32,000 bases of DNA from Methylophaga frappieri (lineage in GTDB: Bacteria; Pseudomonadota; Gammaproteobacteria; Nitrosococcales; Methylophagaceae). Location of the stretch: NCBI RefSeq assembly GCF_000260965.1, contig NC_017856.1, positions 810,001-842,000 of the forward strand. The letters are read 5' to 3'. A program made the translations under genes and the position numbers. The notes beneath the pieces are model-generated. The model saw only the letters and a program-made list of their open reading frames with translations, did not search any database and was not told the DNA's origin. This document shows positions 1 through 8,626 of this stretch, piece after piece. Each line of letters begins with the position of its first letter. Positions within the stretch are counted from its first letter, which is position 1.

Positions 1-2
1 CA

Positions 3-359
3 CAAATAGCCAGCACTGATTCGAATTTGCAACGCGTATCCAAAGCCATTCGCTGGTTAAGAACACACTTCAAAGAGCCAATGAAAGTAGATGATCTCGC
101 CAATCTCAGTAATATGAGCGTGTCCGCCTTTCATCATCATTTCAAAACCGTCACCAGTATGACACCGTTGCAGTTTCAGAAAGAGTTGCGCCTACATGAG
201 GCTAAACAAGTCATGCTCAACCGGATGATGGATGTCAGTACGGCCTGCATGCATGTAGGCTATTCCAGTGTTTCACAATTTAGCCGTGAGTACAGCAGAT
301 TGTTTGGCGTTTCGCCAAGGCAACATGCTAAGGCAAACGTGGATAGCGCCTTGATGTAA
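3..359 (+). CDS. AraC/XylS-family transcriptional regulator, C-terminal HTH domain only (5' end lies outside the window)
   Basis: The reading frame is open back to the window start. MSVSAFHHHFKTVTSMTPLQFQKELRLHEAK and VGYSSVSQFSREYSRLFGVSPRQ match the double helix-turn-helix signature of AraC-family proteins. Confidence 0.8.
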   Translation, partial: QIASTDSNLQRVSKAIRWLRTHFKEPMKVDDLANLSNMSVSAFHHHFKTVTSMTPLQFQKELRLHEAKQVMLNRMMDVSTACMHVGYSSVSQFSREYSRLFGVSPRQHAKANVDSALM

Positions 360-1464
360 TGATCGGCAATAATCTGGGTAATCCTGACCATGCAATCAAG
401 TGATGACTTATTCGGCAGCCTAGTCCACCAAGTTCATCAATCAGACGGTCCCAACAAGTTTCGACATGAAACAACGAAGGCTGAAAATTGTTGTCATCTG
501 GCTTCTTCTGAAACAGCATTTCCAATCGGCTTTCTGTGACTCTTGTTTCAGAAAAAGCATGCGTTAACTGATTTCCGACAGCATTAATCATCATGGTGCC
601 GTCACGGGTTTTCATCACCGCTTTACACCGGTCTGGTTTGGTTATATGACACCATTTCATTAACGCTAGTGAATCAAAGTACCAGTCATCGGCAAACCGC
701 CAACCAAAGCTGAACCATCCATCCAATTCCTGTGTTTCGGCTAACCACCCCTTTTCTGATATCGGTGTCTCGTTTAATTCAAATGGAGTGATTAAGGCTG
801 AGTGAGTCCATTTCGTCTGTCTGGACTTGGCTATTGGGCTCAGCCAGGCCAGTTTAATCTCACCTTGCTCACAATCGTATATTGGGAAATCCTGTAAATT
901 CATCGCTTTGAGCGTTTTGTGCATTTGGAAGAAATCAGCTGCATCGGATAAATCTGTTTTATTGACAACCAGTGCGTCAGCAATCCGCAACTGTTGTTGA
1001 AACACCGCATGCTCGATATACCGTGTATCTCTAAAATGACGTGCATCGACAAGCGTGATGGTTGCTCGAATATCCAACAGCCCTTGATAATCGGGACCAC
1101 GCAATGTCGCGATGACCTCTTTGGGATGTCCTAGTCCGCTAGGTTCAATAATCAGACGATCCCATTTTCGAATTCTTAATAATTGATTTAAGGCGACTTG
1201 CATTGGTAATACGGCAGTACAGCACATACAGCCACCCACAACCTCGCGAATTTCAATCTGACTTTTTTGATTGGCCTGGCTGGTTAGCAATTGTCGATCA
1301 ATGCCAACTTTGCCAAACTCATTGATGAGGATCGCCCAATGCTCATTATCGGGCTTTTGTTTTAACAATTGCTGAATTGCAGAGGTTTTACCTACTCCAA
1401 GAAACCCGGTAATCACGTTAGTGGCAACACCACGTTGAATGCGACCGAGTGTCAATTTCGTCAT
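328..1464 (-). CDS. COG0523-family G3E GTPase (CobW/YjiA/ZigA-like putative metallochaperone), copy 1
   Basis: Walker A GFLGVGKT, CxCC metal motif GGCMCCT, IIEPSGLG and NKTD are present. The preferred start is the ATG at 1464 (MTKLTLG...) rather than the ORF-track start at 1515. The 3' end overlaps the convergent AraC gene by 32 nt. Confidence 0.8.
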   Translation of the reverse strand: MTKLTLGRIQRGVATNVITGFLGVGKTSAIQQLLKQKPDNEHWAILINEFGKVGIDRQLLTSQANQKSQIEIREVVGGCMCCTAVLPMQVALNQLLRIRKWDRLIIEPSGLGHPKEVIATLRGPDYQGLLDIRATITLVDARHFRDTRYIEHAVFQQQLRIADALVVNKTDLSDAADFFQMHKTLKAMNLQDFPIYDCEQGEIKLAWLSPIAKSRQTKWTHSALITPFELNETPISEKGWLAETQELDGWFSFGWRFADDWYFDSLALMKWCHITKPDRCKAVMKTRDGTMMINAVGNQLTHAFSETRVTESRLEMLFQKKPDDNNFQPSLFHVETCWDRLIDELGGLGCRISHHLIAWSGLPRLLPIITSRRYPRLP

Positions 1465-1567
1465 CTTAAATTTGTATTTATTTGAATACGGTAATGGCCT
1501 GGGCAAGTCGACCAATCTCGCTGGATAGAGACTATATCGACTTAAAAAAGCTGACTCTAACTGTCAT

Positions 1568-3226
1568 TTAATGTGAGAAAGCCCCATGAACGTTATGAAG
1601 CTGCAAGCGTGCTTCAGTTGCCTCGCTTTTCGCCAAACCATAATTACTCAAGCGGAGACTATAAAAGCGATCAAAATAGTCTTGGATATGGCCTTCAATA
1701 TTTCGGTCATAGCCCACATTAAGTGCCAAGGTTTTACCTGCCGCACTCACCATTATTTCTCCATTATCCAGTACTAATTGACCATTTTTAAATACTTTCT
1801 CTGCCCGCCGAAACATGGCTGCTTTATCTGCTTGCTCACGATAAATTGCGATATCTGCTTTCGCTCCTGGTTTAAGATGCCCCCGATCTGTCTGACCTAA
1901 TAATTTCGATGGGGCAGCACGTGTCATAATCGCAATATCGTTAAGACTGTACTCGCGTTTAATTTCTTTGAGTAACGTCATTTCCGCAATATCGGGATGC
2001 AGATTGCAGAGACATTCCATTCGATAGTCATAATCCATCAGCAATCTGAGTAAATCCGGATATCTTGTGAATGGTGCACCATTAGGATGATCTGTTGTAA
2101 AAAACAAACGCCAAGGATCATCACATAATAAAAAAATTTCCAGGCCGATGGCCCACTGTAAGCCATTAATGAAACTTGCTGACTTATATTGATAAGGCAC
2201 AATCCCCCCACTGCCCTCATTTTCAGCATGCCAAATATGCCATTTTTGCGGTGAGGCATCATGTCGACGATCAAATTGCGCCATCACATCACCAGAAAGT
2301 GTGACCGTCTGGCCGAATAAAACTTGACCTACATCCATCGTGATATTGGGGTGGCGATTAAAAGCGGTCATTAATTTCGCAGCGGAAGAGGAAAAACCAT
2401 ATTTGCCCTCATCGCCATATCCGTAGAATTGTACATGCGCTAAATGCATAGGCAGACCTTGCGCTGCCTCCATGGTATCGACTATGGTCTGGATGTTGCC
2501 CGGTGTCCCCAGATTGTTGCAATGGACATGTACAGGGTGCGGTAATCCGGTCTGAACGACGGCGGTTTGTAATTTCTGTAATAAGGTACGCGATGAAATA
2601 CCATAATCAGGTACGGTGTCATCCAGACCGAATGTCTCAACACCTTTTTTGAATGCCTGCGACCCACCAGCATTAATCACTTTTAAACCTAGCGCTTTGG
2701 TGACATTCATTGTCCAACTGACATAATCGTTAATTTGATTCTGACTGGCGTCAGCCCGTAATAATCTGACCAAAAAGTCATCGCTACCCAGCACTGCCAA
2801 TGCCGCTGTATCAATGATAGGAATATCAGCCAACTCGGCATGAACTTGCGGGGCATTAATTGGCAACATCGCTGGCTCAAGAACCATGCTATAGCCCATT
2901 TCAGTGTATCGATATCCGGTTTCAAATGAAGACCATTTGGCATTGTGAAACGGCTTTAAGCGATTACGCTGCAAATGATTACGGTGTTGATCCGGCAACA
3001 TGAGTCGAGCGGTATTTACATTGCCCCCTGCAATATGACTATGAATATCTAAGGCCCCTGCCATCGTCACTGCGCCTTCGAGATCGATCACCGTGGCCTG
3101 CTGTTGAAGACTTTGGCTTGGCTCATCAATAATTCTGTCATCACCAATCCACAATGTCTTTTTCTGGCCATCAGCATGTTGCAGTGGATCATAGACACAA
3201 GCATTTTTTAAACAGACGATATTCAT
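1568..3226 (-). CDS. FwdA/FhcA-family (formylmethanofuran dehydrogenase subunit A-like, COG1229) metal-dependent amidohydrolase
   Basis: 552 aa. The N-terminus MNIVCLKNACVYDP...MAGALDIHSHIAGGNVNTARLMLP resembles FwdA/FhcA proteins as I recall them. It carries an HxH motif (HSH) and further ligand-like motifs HVHCNN, HLAHVQF and TTDHPNG. An AAGGAG RBS lies 5 nt upstream of the ATG. No fwd/fhc partner genes are nearby. Confidence 0.7.
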   Translation of the reverse strand: MNIVCLKNACVYDPLQHADGQKKTLWIGDDRIIDEPSQSLQQQATVIDLEGAVTMAGALDIHSHIAGGNVNTARLMLPDQHRNHLQRNRLKPFHNAKWSSFETGYRYTEMGYSMVLEPAMLPINAPQVHAELADIPIIDTAALAVLGSDDFLVRLLRADASQNQINDYVSWTMNVTKALGLKVINAGGSQAFKKGVETFGLDDTVPDYGISSRTLLQKLQTAVVQTGLPHPVHVHCNNLGTPGNIQTIVDTMEAAQGLPMHLAHVQFYGYGDEGKYGFSSSAAKLMTAFNRHPNITMDVGQVLFGQTVTLSGDVMAQFDRRHDASPQKWHIWHAENEGSGGIVPYQYKSASFINGLQWAIGLEIFLLCDDPWRLFFTTDHPNGAPFTRYPDLLRLLMDYDYRMECLCNLHPDIAEMTLLKEIKREYSLNDIAIMTRAAPSKLLGQTDRGHLKPGAKADIAIYREQADKAAMFRRAEKVFKNGQLVLDNGEIMVSAAGKTLALNVGYDRNIEGHIQDYFDRFYSLRLSNYGLAKSEATEARLQLHNVHGAFSH

Positions 3227-3313
3227 GGAAACTCCTTGGCGGCCGTCGGTAAAGCATTAAACATTTTCAAGCCGATAAGGCCCAGCAGACGCATGGCATA
3301 AGCCATGATTAAT

Positions 3314-3330
3314 ACGATACATCGTATCAT
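3314..3330. promoter_or_regulatory. Candidate Fur-family (Zur) operator, box A: ACGATACATCGTATCAT
   Basis: 17-bp palindrome with 6 of 8 arm pairs complementary and a central T. It lies 88 nt upstream of the amidohydrolase start, just downstream of the zur stop. It shares the GATAyAT..TATCAT core with boxes B and C. Confidence 0.4.
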
Positions 3331-3343
3331 ATAAGGTCATACA

Positions 3344-3802
3344 TCATAGATCGGATACCTGGCAGTTCTCGCATAACCCGTGAAGCTCAAGCTGCGTATC
3401 AATGAGCTTAAAATTGTTATCACCGATATCCTTCAGTAATTGAGCAAACAAATCGTGGTCAATATTAATTTCATTAACCGACTGACACTTATCGCAGATT
3501 AAAAATTGTGATGTCTGGCCGAGCTGTTCATTCCCGATAGACGAACAGGCGATAAATTTGTTTGCCGAAGTTAATTTATGCGCCAAGTTATGAGAAATGA
3601 GAAATTCCAACATCCGATAAACGGACATAGCCGGGATGCTTTGGAAATATCTCTGTTGATATGAGTCAACAATATCATAGGCAGATAGCGGCCTGGACTC
3701 TGTCAGTATAATTTCCAGCACTTTTCGACGTTTAGGTGTCAATTTTGCCCCCCGCTCAAAGCAGGTTCTTTCGGCTCGATTTAAAATTTCATCCACTTCC
3801 AT
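3344..3802 (-). CDS. zur: Zinc uptake regulator, Fur family (Zur)
   Basis: By-eye alignment to E. coli Zur: AERTCFERGAKLTPKRRKVLEIIL / AEKICAQRNVRLTPQRLEVLRLM; LSAYDIVD / ISAYDLLD; SVYRMLEFL..AHKL / TVYRALDFL..VHKV; LICDKCQSV / FICDRCGAV; LHGLCENC / AHGLCAAC. The ORF-track start at 3829 is TTG, so the ATG at 3802 is preferred. Neither start has a strong RBS. Confidence 0.8.
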   Translation of the reverse strand: MEVDEILNRAERTCFERGAKLTPKRRKVLEIILTESRPLSAYDIVDSYQQRYFQSIPAMSVYRMLEFLISHNLAHKLTSANKFIACSSIGNEQLGQTSQFLICDKCQSVNEINIDHDLFAQLLKDIGDNNFKLIDTQLELHGLCENCQVSDL

Positions 3803-3883
3803 TGAAAGAATCCATTGCGCCTTACCCAAGCAAATTCACTGAAAATTACCACTAGAGTTGAATAATCTGTCAAAACATATGAT

Positions 3884-3900
3884 ATGATACATTATATCAT
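3884..3900. promoter_or_regulatory. Candidate Zur operator, box B: ATGATACATTATATCAT, in the zur / sufE-like divergent promoter region
   Basis: 17-bp palindrome with 7 of 8 arm pairs complementary and a central T. It lies 22 nt upstream of the sufE-like ATG and 82 nt upstream of the zur ATG. The 15-bp core matches my recalled E. coli Zur core TGTTATAWTATAACA at 12/15, against 10/14 for the Fur 7-1-7 core. Confidence 0.55.
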
Positions 3901-3921
3901 TAAATAGTTAATTAAGAGAAC

Positions 3922-4374
3922 ATGTCACAGTCCTCCAGTCACGAGAGCATTCAAGATGCACAAACCCAGATTATTCATAATTTTCGGGCATTCAATGATT
4001 GGGTAGACCGCTATGCCTACTTGGTTGATATGGGGAAAAAAATCATTCGTGATGGCAACCACCTAAAATCCGATCAGTACAAAATCACGGGTTGCCAATC
4101 AAATGTATGGCTTTGCACGGAGGTTACTGACAATAAATTGTACTTTTCAGGTACCAGCGACTCAACCATCGTCGCAGGGCTAATGGCATTATTATTCCGG
4201 GTCTATTCAGGCCACACCGCTGATGAGATACAACGAGCATCGCCAGACTTTATTACGCAAACGGGTCTTCTTCACAATTTGACCTCTCAGCGTTCAACCG
4301 GTCTTGCTCGCATGATTGAACAGATTTATCTCTCTGCCCATCAATCCTACCAACAGCAGGCTTTATCGAAATGA
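3922..4374 (+). CDS. SufE/CsdE-family sulfur-acceptor-like protein
   Basis: 150 aa. It aligns by eye with E. coli SufE: NFRAFNDWVDRYAYLVDMG / NFLRCANWEEKYLYIIELG; active-site region ITGCQSNVWL / IQGCQSQVWI; SDSTIVAGLMALL / SDAAIVKGLIAVV; LTSQRSTGLARMI / LTPSRSQGLEAMI. Confidence 0.8.
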   Translation: MSQSSSHESIQDAQTQIIHNFRAFNDWVDRYAYLVDMGKKIIRDGNHLKSDQYKITGCQSNVWLCTEVTDNKLYFSGTSDSTIVAGLMALLFRVYSGHTADEIQRASPDFITQTGLLHNLTSQRSTGLARMIEQIYLSAHQSYQQQALSK

Positions 4375-5495
4375 ATTCCTCCTACGATGTGATCATTGTT
4401 GGTGCAGGTGCTGCCGGTGTTGGCATGGCAACAAAACTGCAAATGATTCCGGAGTTGTCATTTGTTGTTTTAGAGGCGGGTGAGATTGGCGAATCGTTTC
4501 GACGCTGGCCAAAACAAACCCGATTCATTACGCCATCATTTCATAGCAATCCGTTTGGACTCGCTGACCTTAATGCCATCACAGAATACAGTTCACCAGC
4601 CATTTTTTGTCAATCACAACACCCGACGGGTAAACAATATGCCGATTACCTGACATTTATGGCACAGGGATTTGAGTTGCCAATTATTGAAGATTGTCAG
4701 GTAACGACCGTCAAACGGCTTAACGGACAGGGCTTTAGCTTAGAAACATCACAAGGACAAATCCAATCTCGATACCTTATCTGGGCAACCGGTGAATTTC
4801 AGTTTCCAGATGTCAATCCATTCATGGGTGCTGAATATTGTATTCACTATGCGACAGTCAGTGACTGGGCTGATTATGAGGCCGAAGAATTTATTGTGAT
4901 CGGTGGATATGAAAGCGGCGTTGATGCGAGTGTCAATTTAATCAAACAAGGACATGTTGTTCGCTTATTGGTAAAAAAAGATAGCTGGGAAGCGGAAAAT
5001 ATGTATGACCCCAGTCTATCGCTTTCCCCCCACACCCGAGATCGACTTAACGAGGCGCTCGCATCGGGGAAATTATTGTTGGAGTTTGGCGTACATGTTG
5101 ACCAAGTTCTTCAACATACAGACCAAACCTTTCATGTTCATGCTGAGGATGGCCGGTCTTGGTCAATCAATCATGCTCCGATTTTGGCAACCGGATTTTT
5201 ATCTGGTGGTGGCGCACAGCAAATCGCGTCGTTATGGGCTTGGGATAACGATGGCCATTTATTGTTAACCGAAGCAGATGAATCGACCATCACACCAGGG
5301 CTGTTTTTGATTGGGCCACAAGTTCGTCAGGAAGATCGACTCTACTGTTTTATTTATAAATTTCGCCAACGATTTACTCAAATGGCCAAACTCATCGCAC
5401 TTTGTCTAAATTATGACGATAGTCAGCTGCACAGTGAGTCTGATCCTTGGGGACCTTATGGAAATAGTGACTGCTGCGAGGGCTGCGAATGTTAA
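4371..5495 (+). CDS. FAD/NAD(P)-binding oxidoreductase (two-dinucleotide-fold flavoprotein, FMO/CzcO-like) with a C-terminal Cys-rich tail
   Basis: N-terminal DVIIVGAGAAGVG Rossmann motif, second nucleotide fold FIVIGGYESGVDAS, and an ATG motif (ILATGF). It ends in GNSDCCEGCEC. The start overlaps the sufE-like stop (ATGA, 4371-4374). Confidence 0.7.
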   Translation: MNSSYDVIIVGAGAAGVGMATKLQMIPELSFVVLEAGEIGESFRRWPKQTRFITPSFHSNPFGLADLNAITEYSSPAIFCQSQHPTGKQYADYLTFMAQGFELPIIEDCQVTTVKRLNGQGFSLETSQGQIQSRYLIWATGEFQFPDVNPFMGAEYCIHYATVSDWADYEAEEFIVIGGYESGVDASVNLIKQGHVVRLLVKKDSWEAENMYDPSLSLSPHTRDRLNEALASGKLLLEFGVHVDQVLQHTDQTFHVHAEDGRSWSINHAPILATGFLSGGGAQQIASLWAWDNDGHLLLTEADESTITPGLFLIGPQVRQEDRLYCFIYKFRQRFTQMAKLIALCLNYDDSQLHSESDPWGPYGNSDCCEGCEC

Positions 5496-6487
5496 ACCTA
5501 ATTACACCAATTTATCGAAACGGTTTGGGCCTTACCGCTCTCCTGCTTTTAACAGGCATTGTAGTTGGTTCTGTGACTGGCTATCTGGCTCCCAACATAG
5601 CCACTTATATCAGCGACTTTATGGATCCAACACTGTTTGTGTTGATTGTATTACTGTTTTTCACGATACGTTTTAACCCAATTATTACCGATAAGCGAAA
5701 GCTGAAATTTATTGCCATCGCGGTTATCGCGAATTTTGTGTTTGTGCCATTGATTGGCTTCGCCATTGCGTCGGTCTTTTTAAACCATTACCCCCTGTTT
5801 ATGTTGGGGTTAATGATTTATTTCATGTCACCTTGTACAGATTGGTTTTTAGGCTTTACCCGTCTCTGCCGAGGCGACACGATGCTCGGTGCGGCGCTAA
5901 TGCCGATCAATATGACATTACAATTATTGCTTTTCCCGCTTTTTTTATATTTATTCAGTCAAAATATTGTTGAATTAGAAACCGGCATTATCACCGATAC
6001 CTTATTGAACTGGTTTATTGAACCCGTCCTGATTGCGCTGACTGCACGATTGGCACTGAAGCTTGTGTTAAATCATGACCAAATTACACGGCTGCTGGAT
6101 AAAGTGAATCGACTTATCCCATTCATCATTGCCTTGCTGATTATGCAAATTTTTGCCGGCAATATTGATGTGTTGCTGGGCCATATTGATGTTTTCATCT
6201 GGATGTTACTGGCAGTGTTTTGCTTTTTTGTACTGACCTTTATGCTCAGTGAGTTTGTCAGTAAGCGATTTTCTCTGCCTTATTCAGAACATGTTTTACT
6301 CACCATGACCGTAGCAGCACGAAATGCGCCATTAATGTTAGCGGTCACCATGGTTGTTTTACCATCACAGCCCTTAATTTACGCAGCCATTGTTATTGGC
6401 ATGCTCCTGGAGTTTCCACACCTTACCTTGTTAAGCCATTTGCTGATGCGTTCATCACACTCAAAAACAGCAGAACGATTGGCATGA
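5489..6487 (+). CDS. Polytopic inner-membrane permease, ACR3 / bile-acid:Na+ symporter (SBF-like) superfamily
   Basis: 332 aa and almost entirely hydrophobic, with about 10 predicted helices. General resemblance to ACR3/BASS permeases, including the SPCTDW segment. The start overlaps the flavoprotein stop by 7 nt. The family call is by resemblance only. Confidence 0.6.
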   Translation: MLNLITPIYRNGLGLTALLLLTGIVVGSVTGYLAPNIATYISDFMDPTLFVLIVLLFFTIRFNPIITDKRKLKFIAIAVIANFVFVPLIGFAIASVFLNHYPLFMLGLMIYFMSPCTDWFLGFTRLCRGDTMLGAALMPINMTLQLLLFPLFLYLFSQNIVELETGIITDTLLNWFIEPVLIALTARLALKLVLNHDQITRLLDKVNRLIPFIIALLIMQIFAGNIDVLLGHIDVFIWMLLAVFCFFVLTFMLSEFVSKRFSLPYSEHVLLTMTVAARNAPLMLAVTMVVLPSQPLIYAAIVIGMLLEFPHLTLLSHLLMRSSHSKTAERLA

Positions 6488-6502
6488 TGAAATGAAATCA
6501 AC

Positions 6503-6540
6503 CCCACCTGAGTGACCTATCTATTTAGGTGGGCGTTTTA
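6503..6540 (+). terminator. Possible weak intrinsic terminator after the permease gene
   Basis: CCCACCT (6503-6509) pairs with AGGTGGG (6527-6533) across a 17-nt loop, followed by CGTTTTA. The large loop and short T tract make it weak. Confidence 0.35.
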
Positions 6541-6610
6541 TAGTACGGCTTTTGTTCACTCTCGCAACGTACTGATGGCGAAAGCCCCCTTCAAATGAGT
6601 TTTAAGCACC

Positions 6611-8626
6611 ATGTCATTATCCTCATCACACGCTAGTTCCTTGATCAAAGTTCAACTCGCATCAGGACAAGCGCACACCTTCAGTGAACCTGTACGTATC
6701 GATGAAGCACTGCAGGCCCTGATGCCGACAAAAACGCGCTTTGTCGTAGCAGCCACAGTAGATGGGCAACCCCATGATTTATCGGACGTTCTCCATAGCG
6801 ACTGTGTGGTTGAGCCGGTGTTTGCCAACACGGAGCAAGGCATCGACATCATTCGTCATTCCACAGCACATTTGTTTGGTCATGCCGTCAAACAACTGTT
6901 TCCTGACACTAAAATGGTCATAGGCCCGGTCATTGATAATGGCTTTTTTTATGACATCGACAGTGAGCACCGCTTTACGCCGGAAGACTTAGCCACCATT
7001 CAAGAGCGAATGGAAGCCCTGGCTAAGACCGCTTATACCGTTGTCAAAAAAATGACCGCCAAGGCTGAAGCCCGGGCAATATTTGAAGCCCGGGGCGAAA
7101 GCTACAAGGTGCGGCTCATTGATGATATGGCTGAGGACATCAAAGAAGTCGGCCTGTATTACCACGAAGAATACATTGATATGTGTCGTGGCCCGCATGT
7201 GCCGACTATGTCCTTCTGCAACGCCTTTCAATTAACCAAGCTGGCCGGCGCCTACTGGCGTGGCGATGCCAACAACGACATGCTGCAGCGTATTTATGGC
7301 ACTGCATGGTCGGATAAAAAAGCCCTCAAGGCCTACTTGCATCAGCTTGAAGAAGCGGAAAAACGCGACCACCGCAAGCTGGGCCGTCAACTCGATCTGT
7401 TTCATTTTCAGGAAGAGGCGCCGGGCTCGGTATTCTGGCACCCCAAGGGCTGGCAAGTCCTGCAGCAGTTAATTGCCTACCTGCGCCGTCGCCAGTCAGC
7501 CGAAGACTATGACGAAATCAATTCGCCAGATGCGATGGACAGAAGCCTCTGGGAAACCTCCGGTCACTGGGAAAACTACCGCGAGCATATGTTTACCACG
7601 GAGACCGCCGACGGTCGTGTATTGGCGATGAAGCCGATGAACTGTCCAGGCAGCGTGTTGCTCTACAAGCAGGGGGTAAAAAGCTACCGTGACCTACCGG
7701 TTCGCATGAGTGAGTTCGGTAAAGTGCACCGCTATGAGCCGTCTGGAGCCTTGCATGGTTTGTTGCGAGTCAGACACTTTACTCAGGATGACGCCCATAT
7801 CTACTGCACCCCTGCTCAAATGCAGCCGGAGTGTGTTGCTGCCATTGCCCTGTTGTTGGATATCTATAAACAGTTAGGCTTTGACGATATCCGCATCAAG
7901 CTGTCTACCCGGCCAGACAATCGCATTGGTTCGGATGAGACCTGGGATCGCCTAGAGCAGGCCCTCATTGACGCACTGGATGAGTTACAACTGCACTACC
8001 AAGTCAATGAAGGTGAAGGCGCATTTTATGGCCCCAAACTGGAATTTGTCTTACAAGACGCCATCAAACGCGACTGGCAGTGCGGCACCTTACAAGTGGA
8101 TATGAACCTGCCTGCCCGTTTTGAGCTCAGCTACATTGATGCCAGTGGCGCGCCTCAAGCACCGGTGATGCTGCATCGTGCCATTCTGGGCTCACTGGAG
8201 CGCTTTATCGGTATTCTTATCGAACAGTATGAAGGCAAGCTGCCCGTCTGGTTATCCCCTGTTCAACTGGTTATCTGCACCATACATGAAGGCCTCAGCG
8301 GTTACGCAGAGCAGGTTGCCCAGCTACTGCGTAATGCGGGATGTCGTGTCGATATCGATAGCCGTTCAGAAAAAATAGGCTACAAAATTCGTCAGCACAC
8401 CTTGCAGCGTATCCCCTACATTGCCGTTATCGGTGATAAAGAAAAAGAGAATCAGACACTCTCACTTCGCCAGTTGAACGGTGACAACCTGGGAACGCTT
8501 CAACTGAATGAGGTTGTCGCGATGATGAGCGAAGCGATTCAACCACCCGACCAGAAAGCGCAGGCTCAGCAACTTCAGGCTGTGCTGGAAGCATTGCAAC
8601 CCAAACAGGCTGACACCCATGAATGA
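6611..8626 (+). CDS. thrS: Threonyl-tRNA synthetase (full length: TGS, editing, catalytic and anticodon-binding domains)
   Basis: Editing-domain motifs [10 protein letters not shown] and DMCRGPH. Catalytic-site Zn ligand contexts [14 protein letters not shown] and MLHRAILGS are all retained. It is not followed by infC-rpmI-rplT. It has a Gln/Ala-rich C-terminal tail. Confidence 0.95.
   Translation: MSLSSSHASSLIKVQLASGQAHTFSEPVRIDEALQALMPTKTRFVVAATVDGQPHDLSDVLHSDCVVEPVFANTEQGIDIIRHSTAHLFGHAVKQLFPDTKMVIGPVIDNGFFYDIDSEHRFTPEDLATIQERMEALAKTAYTVVKKMTAKAEARAIFEARGESYKVRLIDDMAEDIKEVGLYYHEEYIDMCRGPHVPTMSFCNAFQLTKLAGAYWRGDANNDMLQRIYGTAWSDKKALKAYLHQLEEAEKRDHRKLGRQLDLFHFQEEAPGSVFWHPKGWQVLQQLIAYLRRRQSAEDYDEINSPDAMDRSLWETSGHWENYREHMFTTETADGRVLAMKPMNCPGSVLLYKQGVKSYRDLPVRMSEFGKVHRYEPSGALHGLLRVRHFTQDDAHIYCTPAQMQPECVAAIALLLDIYKQLGFDDIRIKLSTRPDNRIGSDETWDRLEQALIDALDELQLHYQVNEGEGAFYGPKLEFVLQDAIKRDWQCGTLQVDMNLPARFELSYIDASGAPQAPVMLHRAILGSLERFIGILIEQYEGKLPVWLSPVQLVICTIHEGLSGYAEQVAQLLRNAGCRVDIDSRSEKIGYKIRQHTLQRIPYIAVIGDKEKENQTLSLRQLNGDNLGTLQLNEVVAMMSEAIQPPDQKAQAQQLQAVLEALQPKQADTHE

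Noticed and set aside
328-359. Convergent gene overlaps (COG0523 copy 1 with the AraC gene, 32 nt; lpxH with dsbC at 26775-26791, 17 nt)
   Set aside because: Short convergent 3' overlaps are common in compact bacterial genomes. I see nothing suggesting regulatory antisense function or a frameshift.
1568-3226. Reading the FwdA/FhcA-like gene as evidence for a methanofuran/H4MPT C1 pathway
   Set aside because: No fhcB/C/D, fwdB/C/D, mch, mtd or other pathway genes occur in the window. The neighbours are zur and a COG0523 GTPase, so a stand-alone amidohydrolase role is more likely.
6541-6610. Possible regulatory leader upstream of thrS (inverted repeat AGTACG...CGTACT, 6543-6574)
   Set aside because: It is only a 6-bp stem with a 20-nt spacer. 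I could not recognise a tRNA-Thr anticodon-arm mimic, a T-box or a Zur-like box, so it is too weak to call.
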